A stretch of 5,564 nucleotides of DNA from a virus (IMGVR_UViG_2681813234_000001:1-5564); one strand, 5' to 3'; counted from the first letter of the stretch, positions 1 to 4,877 are shown. Numbers and translations: made by a program. The notes: a model not told the origin generated them from the letters alone.

Positions 1-147
1 GAAATATTCAACATGCTGCTCATCTGCTTCACGGATGTTGTATCCCGGCTCCAGATAGATTTGCTCCACTGGCACGAGATAGGTTTTGTTAACAGCGATG
101 CCGTTTCGCGTTTCTTTGTCTGAATAGATTTTGCTTAGTGTTTTCAT
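1..147 (-). CDS. hypothetical protein, N-terminal part only (gene runs off the left edge); weak ParB-like N-terminal resemblance
   Basis: ATG at 147-145 (plus 'cat'), preceded by GGTGA about 8 nt upstream on the minus strand; open to position 1. Translation MKTLSKIYSDKETRNGIAVNKTYLVPVEQIYLEPGYNIREADEQHVEYF. Starts 1 nt after the stop (151-149) of the upstream gene, so it is the last visible gene of the leftward operon. The ParB-like hint (LVPVEQIYLEPGYNIR) is from memory only. Confidence 0.4.
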   Translation of the reverse strand, partial: MKTLSKIYSDKETRNGIAVNKTYLVPVEQIYLEPGYNIREADEQHVEYF

Positions 148-148
148 C

Positions 149-340
149 TCATTCACCACTTTCTTCCAATAATTGCTCGTAATATGCGACGTACTCATTA
201 GCAAGATAGTACAGGCGCTCAGCAGACTTGCGTTCTGCATTGCTTAAGTCACCAATAGACTCAATGTTGCCAATTGCATCAACACAATCGTTGAAGTCTT
301 GCTCCGTGTTACGGAATCTACAGTAGGACATGTTTGCCAT
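149..340 (-). CDS. hypothetical small acidic protein (63 aa)
   Basis: ORF-track ORF; ATG at 340-338 with a strong GAGGAG RBS 5 nt upstream on the minus strand; 2-nt gap to the upstream stop (345-343). 13 acidic vs 5 basic residues. No family recognised. Confidence 0.5.
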   Translation of the reverse strand: MANMSYCRFRNTEQDFNDCVDAIGNIESIGDLSNAERKSAERLYYLANEYVAYYEQLLEESGE

Positions 341-342
341 GA

Positions 343-603
343 TTACTCCTCACCACCCTGAAAAATGCCACCAAACTCTTCAACTAGTTCATCAATGCAT
401 TCGTCCGCCTCAGCGCAATTACCAGCAGCACTCAGCAGAATATCAACAGCCTCATCGTCAGGAATGTTGATTGCCGAGAAGAACTCAACAATGCACATTT
501 TCACAACCTGATATTCACCTTCTGTCTGGCAAGAAGCAAAACTGCAAGCGACTGCATCAATCAGCTTGGCTTTGTCATCACTTGGGTTATCAATATCAAA
601 CAT
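343..603 (-). CDS. hypothetical highly acidic cysteine-containing protein (86 aa from ATG 603; track ORF starts at TTG 633)
   Basis: The track ORF 343..633 starts at TTG. The in-frame ATG at 603-601 has an AAGGTG RBS with ~6-nt spacing and lies after the upstream gene's stop (620-618). Product MFDIDNPSDDK...EEFGGIFQGGEE has 21 D/E vs 3 K, no R/H, and 5 Cys. No family recognised. Confidence 0.5.
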   Translation of the reverse strand: MFDIDNPSDDKAKLIDAVACSFASCQTEGEYQVVKMCIVEFFSAINIPDDEAVDILLSAAGNCAEADECIDELVEEFGGIFQGGEE

Positions 604-617
604 TTCCATCACCTTTG

Positions 618-1088
618 TTAGTAAAAAAACCAATTTTCTGTTTCTTGGTTGTGTCCAAAGTTATATTCAATATCTGGCGTTGATGTATCAATATTCTTCA
701 TCCCATCAACAATGGTTGATACAACAGCCAAATCTTGTTTGATTCTCATTAAATGGTATTTCTTCCGGCGCAATAAACTTTCAATGGCAAGTTTCTTCGT
801 TGGAAATGCAAAAGATCTTTCTGCATTTTTTGCTACCTTCTTGATTGCATATCTGTTTATCTTTTTCTTCCATTCCTGTAACCACTGATTTGGTGCTGGT
901 TTTAAATCAACAACCCAATGCGCAGGAACCAACCATGCATAATGCTCTGTCTGATGAAAAGCTATATATTGAAGTGCGAATATTTTGATTCCATCTTCTT
1001 CAACTGTCGCTTGGAATCTCCAGAAAACAGGCATTCCATCATGTTCAGATTCTGATTCGGGGAATGGTACTAACCATGATTTATTCAT
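618..1088 (-). CDS. hypothetical protein (156 aa from ATG 1088; track ORF starts at ATG 1106)
   Basis: Track ORF 618..1106. The second in-frame ATG at 1088-1086 is preceded by GAGGTAA with good spacing, whereas ATG 1106 has no RBS and would sit ~16 nt from the predicted TSS. First gene of the leftward operon. Product MNKSWLVPFPESESEHDGMPVFWRF...ETENWFFY; no family recognised. Confidence 0.55.
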   Translation of the reverse strand: MNKSWLVPFPESESEHDGMPVFWRFQATVEEDGIKIFALQYIAFHQTEHYAWLVPAHWVVDLKPAPNQWLQEWKKKINRYAIKKVAKNAERSFAFPTKKLAIESLLRRKKYHLMRIKQDLAVVSTIVDGMKNIDTSTPDIEYNFGHNQETENWFFY

Positions 1089-1129
1089 CTTTATTACCTC
1101 TAACATTTATTGTTGTTTCTACGTCACTA

Positions 1130-1158
1130 ACTATAAACGCACCATCAATCTACGTCAA
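1130..1158 (-). promoter_or_regulatory. sigma70-like promoter for the leftward operon (TTGACG-17-TATAGT on the minus strand)
   Basis: Minus strand reads cctgTTGACGtagattgatggtgcgttTATAGTtagtg: -35 TTGACG (plus 1153-1158), 17-nt spacer, -10 TATAGT (plus 1130-1135). Predicted TSS near 1122, about 34 nt upstream of ATG 1088. Confidence 0.45.
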
Positions 1159-1166
1159 CAGGAATA

Positions 1167-1175
1167 TGCTAAAAT
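1167..1175 (+). promoter_or_regulatory. candidate extended -10 promoter (TGcTAAAAT) for the rightward block
   Basis: TGcTAAAAT at 1167-1175 with no good -35. It sits about 30 nt upstream of the AGGGGA RBS and ATG 1206, divergent from and overlapping the leftward promoter. Confidence 0.3.
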
Positions 1176-1205
1176 CATGCTAATCAAACAACAGGGGATT
1201 TAAAC

Positions 1206-1325
1206 ATGGGTTCCACCAATTCGCCTTCTCGTTCACGCGCTACTGGCAACACCAAAACTGGCGGCAAAACTGGCGCGGTGAAGCCAAACGGCTCCACCCG
1301 TTCACCATCGCGCGGTAAGAAATAA
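1206..1325 (+). CDS. hypothetical 39-aa basic low-complexity peptide
   Basis: ATG 1206 preceded by AGGGGA about 7 nt upstream. Translation MGSTNSPSRSRATGNTKTGGKTGAVKPNGSTRSPSRGKK, stop TAA 1323-1325 overlapping the next ATG (TAATG). Codon choices (ggc, cgt, cgc, acc) look coding. Below the ORF-track size cutoff. Confidence 0.4.
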   Translation: MGSTNSPSRSRATGNTKTGGKTGAVKPNGSTRSPSRGKK

Positions 1326-1765
1326 TGTTCGGTGCAGACGTTGCCATCATGATCATGTATGTGTTGGGTTTTGCCTGTACGGGCATGGTCGCGTTTCTGG
1401 TGTTCATTCCGGCAATGGTGATGTCTGTGTATCTTGGATGGGTGCTTGTTGATTCATTTCCCGCCGAATATCTGTATTACCTTGCGCAGTCTATGGTCTG
1501 GTTGTTTCCTGCCATTGCACTGCGCAAAAGTACAAAGATGGCGCTCTGCGTGCTGACTATGAGCCTTTACGAATGGCTGGTTGCGATAGAGTCATTCGTA
1601 TGGGAATTTATCACGCCTGTAGAAACGCCGCTTCATGCGCAGTACGCATTTATTATTATCGGCATCCATCTGTTCATCCTTTCCATCACTTTTAAATGGG
1701 GCGGCGAAATTGGACATTATTCTTGGCGTGGTCGCCATCGTTTTTTCGCTGATTCAAATCTATAA
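1325..1765 (+). CDS. hypothetical integral membrane protein (146 aa, about 4 predicted TM segments)
   Basis: Track ORF with ATG 1325 overlapping the upstream stop. Four hydrophobic stretches (VAIMIMYVLGFACTGMVAFLVFIPAMVMSVYLGWVLV, YLAQSMVWLFPAIAL, MALCVLTMSLYEWLVAI, YAFIIIGIHLFILSITF). The 3' end overlaps an alternative open frame (1635..1862), so the true C-terminus is uncertain. Confidence 0.45.
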   Translation: MFGADVAIMIMYVLGFACTGMVAFLVFIPAMVMSVYLGWVLVDSFPAEYLYYLAQSMVWLFPAIALRKSTKMALCVLTMSLYEWLVAIESFVWEFITPVETPLHAQYAFIIIGIHLFILSITFKWGGEIGHYSWRGRHRFFADSNL

Positions 1766-1797
1766 GTGCTGGAAACATATCATCAGCGAGACACGCA

Positions 1798-2082
1798 ATG
1801 AACGGAGCACTAAGACAAGTCGCAGAGCAGATTATAAGCGGAACGACAGGACAGGTGATTGATAAGGCTGGATATGCTTCTATTGGAACCGGCATCGGCC
1901 TGAAAGTTGCAGAGCAAACACCTGTCACGCAATCTTATTTTGAGGCTATGATTCCACACAGCCTGACAGAGTGGGCGGCAGTAGCGTCAATCCTCGGCGC
2001 TCTGTCTCTGGTAATAAAGAATCTGTTTGAAATGTGGTGGAAAGTTAGGGAGTCGAAGAAAAATGGCAGCACCAACACCTGA
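1798..2082 (+). CDS. putative holin-like small membrane protein (phage 21 S / pinholin-like architecture)
   Basis: Track ORF, 94 aa. A weakly hydrophobic G/A-rich TMD1 (AGYASIGTGIGLKVA), a second TMD (EWAAVASILGALSLVIKNLFEMWW) and a charged C-tail (KVRESKKNGSTNT) resemble phage 21 S as I recall it. An alternative GTG start at 1855 (AGGA 4 nt upstream) would give a shorter form. Stop TGA 2080-2082 overlaps the next gene. Confidence 0.45.
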   Translation: MNGALRQVAEQIISGTTGQVIDKAGYASIGTGIGLKVAEQTPVTQSYFEAMIPHSLTEWAAVASILGALSLVIKNLFEMWWKVRESKKNGSTNT

Positions 2083-2455
2083 AGAATTAGTAAGCCAGAT
2101 GGCATCCCGTGGAATGACTATCACCACAACGGATGCGTCCGGTATTCTGTGCCTTGTGACAGCAATCAGTGAATGCCTTGAACTGAACTATCCAAACGAT
2201 GAATGCCGACAAAATGCGATCATGCTGTGGGCTTCCATCCTGATTAGCGCAAATACCTCAGGTCGCTACGTTACCAGTCAGAGTGCACCATCTGGGGCAT
2301 CGCAATCGTTCGCGTATGGCAGTAAGCCGTGGGTGGCGCTGTACAATCAGATGAAACTACTGGATACAGCCGGATGCACTGGGGATTTGGTGGAAGACCC
2401 TGACGGAAGCGGTAAGCCGTGGTTTGCGGTTGTGCGTGGGAGTAAATGTAAATGA
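2063..2455 (+). CDS. putative head-tail adaptor / connector-like protein (130 aa)
   Basis: Track ORF 2027..2455 starts at TTG. The in-frame ATG 2063 has a GGGAG RBS about 11 nt upstream. N-terminus MAAPTPEELVSQM...DASGILCLVTAISECLE resembles gp6-like adaptors, and it is the first of four coupled genes ahead of the major tail gene. The assignment rests on synteny and a weak motif. Confidence 0.45.
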   Translation: MAAPTPEELVSQMASRGMTITTTDASGILCLVTAISECLELNYPNDECRQNAIMLWASILISANTSGRYVTSQSAPSGASQSFAYGSKPWVALYNQMKLLDTAGCTGDLVEDPDGSGKPWFAVVRGSKCK

Positions 2456-2793
2456 CTTCGCTGGCTCGGTTTTCCTATACGCAACCATGCACCATCTGGC
2501 ACAAAAGCGGCACCGACAAGTACGGCAAGCCGACTTTTGACGCGCCAGTGAGCATCATGTGCGATCATGGCTTTAACGATGATGTATCGACTGATGCGAA
2601 AGGTAATGAGATTGTACAGAAGAACACTTTCTGGACAGAATACACTGGCGCTAATGTTGGTGATTACATCATGATTGGCACGGTAACAGAAGCTGACCCG
2701 CTGGCAGCTGGCGCAAATCAGATTCTGAATGTGATTAATTATGGCAACACCTTCAATCGCGCTGAACCGCCTGACTTTGCACTGGTGACATAA
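2452..2793 (+). CDS. putative head-closure / head-tail joining protein (113 aa)
   Basis: ATG 2452 overlaps the upstream stop (ATGA), with GGGAG 9 nt upstream. Size and position between an adaptor-like and a gp10-like gene fit a head-closure protein. Product MTSLARFSYTQPCTIWHKSG... Confidence 0.45.
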   Translation: MTSLARFSYTQPCTIWHKSGTDKYGKPTFDAPVSIMCDHGFNDDVSTDAKGNEIVQKNTFWTEYTGANVGDYIMIGTVTEADPLAAGANQILNVINYGNTFNRAEPPDFALVT

Positions 2794-3191
2794 TGCCAGC
2801 GAAATTAAGAGGTGTCCGGCAGGCTGTAGAGAGAACTTCGCAAATTGTGGATGAGATAATCGCCACGAAAGCTGTGCGTGCAATCAAGTCAGCGACATAC
2901 ATCATCCGCACCGAATCAGCCACGCTAACGCCAATTGATACATCAACGCTGATTAACAGCCAGTTTGATACCGTGGAAGTTAACGGAACGCGAATCACTG
3001 GCAAGGTTGGCTACTCTGCGAAATATGCGCTGTATGTCCACAACGCCAGTGGGAAACTTACAGGCAAACCACGCAGCAACGGTAATGGTACGTACTGGTC
3101 GCCGGGTGGTGAACCGCAATTTTTGACCAAGGGAGCACGACGCACAAAAGACCTTGTTGATGGCGCGATTAAGAAGGAGATGACACTCTAA
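2793..3191 (+). CDS. HK97 gp10-like tail-completion / neck protein (132 aa)
   Basis: ATG 2793 overlaps the upstream stop (TAATG). The pattern ...TLTPIDTSTLINSQ...GKVGYSAKYALYVHNASGK...PQFLTKG matches my memory of the HK97 gp10 family consensus (D-T-G-x-L ... YAxYVE-like ... FL-KG). Confidence 0.55.
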   Translation: MPAKLRGVRQAVERTSQIVDEIIATKAVRAIKSATYIIRTESATLTPIDTSTLINSQFDTVEVNGTRITGKVGYSAKYALYVHNASGKLTGKPRSNGNGTYWSPGGEPQFLTKGARRTKDLVDGAIKKEMTL

Positions 3192-3565
3192 TGAATATGC
3201 TTGAGCTGGTTGATGCATATCTTCAGGATGCCGGATTGTATGATGGCTGGACTTCGCAGTTGCAGTTCTGGAATGATACCGGAGATGGTAACGAGCAATT
3301 TATTGTCCTGCAATCAAACGGCGGCACACAGGTGATGGATGGCCTCGGCGGTGATTTCTATTTCTCGCTGTACGTTGTTGGAAAACAAGGCCAGTACAAT
3401 GTTGCTGATGTTGATGCGAAAGCCAATGAGATTATCGAATACATCAAGACGCACCCGATTGATTCATGCGTTAACTACATCCAGTTGCAGGCTCCGCTCG
3501 GTCGGCCGATGTTGACGGAAGAAAAAAGACCAGTGCATGAGCTTCTATTGCGGGTTGTGAAATAA
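3191..3565 (+). CDS. putative tail terminator protein (gpU-like position, 124 aa)
   Basis: ATG 3191 overlaps the upstream stop (TAATG). It is the last gene before the terminator and the major tail gene; size and position fit a tail terminator. The call is mainly by synteny. Confidence 0.4.
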   Translation: MNMLELVDAYLQDAGLYDGWTSQLQFWNDTGDGNEQFIVLQSNGGTQVMDGLGGDFYFSLYVVGKQGQYNVADVDAKANEIIEYIKTHPIDSCVNYIQLQAPLGRPMLTEEKRPVHELLLRVVK

Positions 3566-3567
3566 AT

Positions 3568-3594
3568 AAAGCCGCATGAAGCGGCTTTTAATTT
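3568..3594. terminator. bidirectional rho-independent terminator
   Basis: aaaGCCGCatgaaGCGGCttt hairpin (stem 3568-3575 / 3581-3588) followed by TTTTAATTT on the plus strand and by TTTATTTATT on the minus strand. It ends both the rightward neck operon and the antisense tRNA. Confidence 0.65.
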
Positions 3595-3670
3595 GGTGGA
3601 CACGGACGGATTTGAACCTTCAATCAGCCGATTATGAGTCGGTTGCTTTAACCAATTAAGCTACGCGTCC
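3594..3670 (-). tRNA. tRNA with anticodon CAU (elongator Met or lysidine-modified Ile2 type), CCA encoded
   Basis: Minus-strand read GGACGCG-TA-GCTT-AATTGGTTA-AAGC-A-ACCGA-CTCATAA-TCGGC-TGATT-GAAGG-TTCAAAT-CCGTC-CGTGTCC-A-CCA. Acceptor stem 7 bp (one G-U), perfect D stem, anticodon loop CUCAUAA with U33 and A37, T-loop TTCAAAT. Caveats: one A-G mismatch in the T stem and an A-C at the first anticodon-stem pair. G1-C72 is paired, so it is not an initiator. Confidence 0.6.
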
Positions 3671-3704
3671 ATAAGTGCTGGTTTAAGCATTGCCAGCGTG
3701 CTTT

Positions 3705-3770
3705 CTTAATATCCAGCCCCGTAACCCATACATACCCCTACATATGATTGCGATAATGCTGGATATTAAG
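3705..3770. repeat. perfect 13-bp inverted repeat (cttaatatccagc / gctggatattaag) around a 40-nt loop
   Basis: Arms at 3705-3717 and 3758-3770 are exact reverse complements. A 13-bp inverted repeat within 100 bp is unlikely by chance in 5.5 kb (rough expectation about 0.01). Confidence 0.55.
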
Positions 3771-4045
3771 TGCTGTGGTGGCCGGTGCTGATCTCCGGCT
3801 TAGGTGCGAAACGGCACGGGTTTACGTACTGGATTCGCCGCATTTTTATAGCGCATCAGCCTGCGCATTCACCACAACGGAAAGAGCACTGCGCGGCACC
3901 TTTCACCAAATCCGCGAGGTCTACGTGTTCAATGCTCTTACCTGTTGCGTGCCGGTTACGCGTCCGGCGTCTTTCGACCGCTAATTGTAATTGAAGGATT
4001 GGATGTAATTAAATGAAATCATGGAACCAATCTCTGTTAAATCCT

Positions 4046-4074
4046 AATCTACACCACAAAATAATCACTGTCAA
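4046..4074 (-). promoter_or_regulatory. sigma70-like promoter, leftward (TTGACA-17-TAGATT), candidate promoter of the tRNA transcript
   Basis: Minus strand reads caggtgTTGACAgtgattattttgtggtgTAGATTagg: -35 at plus 4069-4074, -10 at plus 4046-4051. Near-identical architecture recurs at 5440-5468. Confidence 0.45.
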
Positions 4075-4080
4075 CACCTG

Positions 4081-4089
4081 TGATATAAT
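4081..4089 (+). promoter_or_regulatory. extended -10 promoter (TGaTATAAT) upstream of the major tail gene
   Basis: TGATATAAT at 4081-4089, about 27 nt upstream of the GGAG RBS (4116-4119) and ATG 4126. The same gatataatca motif recurs at 5481-5490. Confidence 0.4.
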
Positions 4090-4125
4090 CACCACGTTAG
4101 CAGCTAACACAATTCGGAGATCGAA

Positions 4126-4842
4126 ATGGCTATTTGTGCAAATGATAAAGGCGTTCTGGTCGGTCGCATGACCCGACTATTCCTTGCTGAAGGGTGCGGC
4201 GACGCAGTCCCGGAAGCAGGAGACTGGAAGTATTTGGGGTCAACCACCAGTAAAGGCGTTGACTACTCGCCGCAGACCACCACGTCGGAAGCTGATACCG
4301 CTGGCGGCTTTGTTTCCACTCTCGTTACCAGCTCTGATATGACCATCAGCGCAGAGGTTGAAATCCGCAAGAATGACCCGAGCGATGAGTTTGGTTTCCA
4401 TCGTCTTGTTGAGATTTACGCCACTGAACTGAAAGCGCGTCGCCAGCCTTCCTTGTGGGTGCGTGAGGTAACTGGTGCAACTATCGTTACCGCGTACTGC
4501 AACATCACTAGTATCAGCTACGAAGGTGGCACGAACGACATCGTTACTGGTAGCCTTGAGTTCAAGGTTTACGATTCTGACAGCGTTACCGTCGAAAGCC
4601 TTGAGCCTCTGGCATTCACTACCGACCTGCAATCAACTGGCAGCACTGGCAGCCCGTTAACTGTTGCTGTTGAAGGTGGCGTTGCTCCTTACACTTATGT
4701 ATGGCGCAAAGATGGTGTGGTTGTAGGCAGCGAATCTGGAGCAACACTGGCAAGCCCAACCGCTGGCGTGTATACCGTCACGGTAACTGATTCGTCTACT
4801 GACCCTGAAGTTATCCTGAGCACGGCTTGCACCGTATCCTGA
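4126..4842 (+). CDS. major tail (tube) protein with C-terminal Ig-like domain (238 aa)
   Basis: Track ORF; ATG 4126 with GGAG 6 nt upstream. Lies just downstream of the neck/terminator genes. C-terminal ~80 aa (LAFTTDLQSTGSTGSPLTVAVEGGVAPYTYVWRKDGVVVGSESGATLASPTAGVYTVTVTDSS) is an Ig-like (Big_2/PKD-like) beta-sandwich pattern typical of siphovirus major tail proteins such as lambda gpV. Confidence 0.6.
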   Translation: MAICANDKGVLVGRMTRLFLAEGCGDAVPEAGDWKYLGSTTSKGVDYSPQTTTSEADTAGGFVSTLVTSSDMTISAEVEIRKNDPSDEFGFHRLVEIYATELKARRQPSLWVREVTGATIVTAYCNITSISYEGGTNDIVTGSLEFKVYDSDSVTVESLEPLAFTTDLQSTGSTGSPLTVAVEGGVAPYTYVWRKDGVVVGSESGATLASPTAGVYTVTVTDSSTDPEVILSTACTVS

Positions 4843-4849
4843 CAAAGAA

Positions 4850-4877
4850 AAAGCCCCGAAAGGGGCTTTGTTTTATT
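4850..4877. terminator. bidirectional rho-independent terminator
   Basis: aaAGCCCCgaaaGGGGCTtt hairpin (GAAA tetraloop 4858-4861) followed by GTTTTATT on plus and TTTTTCTTT on minus. It ends the major tail gene and the leftward cassette, whose stop is at 4875-4873. Confidence 0.7.

Noticed and set aside
471-1203. Plus-strand ORFs 471..683, 649..888 and 985..1203 from the ORF track
   Set aside because: They are antisense to the well-supported leftward genes, have low-complexity F/I/L/S-rich translations typical of AT-rich antisense frames, and have no RBS. 985..1203 also runs through the promoter region.
2027-2062. TTG start at 2027 for the adaptor-like gene (MKCGGKLGSRRK...)
   Set aside because: It is a TTG codon inside the holin-like gene with no RBS, whereas ATG 2063 has a GGGAG RBS. 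The 12-codon extension is an artefact of ORF-track start rules.
1692-3218. Minus-strand ORFs 1692..1928, 2347..2883, 2753..3004 and 2943..3218
   Set aside because: They are shadow frames antisense to the coupled rightward membrane and neck genes, with no RBS or promoter context, and the plus-strand genes have recognisable phage-structural character.
1763-3775. Direct repeats of TAAGTGCTG(G) at 1763-1772, 3672-3681 and 3767-3775
   Set aside because: About 15 chance 10-mer matches are expected in a 5.5-kb window, so this is not statistically meaningful on its own.
3594-3775. The tRNA as a prophage attachment site (attL/attR), that is, a window spanning a phage-host junction
   Set aside because: Both flanks are phage structural genes, the tRNA is full length with no duplicated 3' fragment elsewhere in the window, and no integrase is present. 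A phage-encoded tRNA is the simpler reading.
3680-3990. Retron-like ncRNA (flanking inverted repeats, structured GC-rich RNA)
   Set aside because: No reverse transcriptase gene lies downstream; the next gene is the major tail protein, and the inverted repeat does not flank the GC-rich part in the retron manner.
3770-3994. Plus-strand ORFs 3770..3994 and 3775..3984 as protein-coding genes
   Set aside because: Both start at GTG without an RBS and overlap almost completely in two different frames, and the region is GC-rich and hairpin-dense. This is more consistent with structured non-coding sequence than with a gene; it is kept as a non-coding finding instead.
4012-4164. Short plus ORF starting ATG 4012 (MKSWNQSLLNPNLHH...) running into the major tail gene
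   Set aside because: It has no convincing RBS, lies in AT-rich promoter sequence and overlaps the major tail gene start out of frame. Probably a chance ORF.
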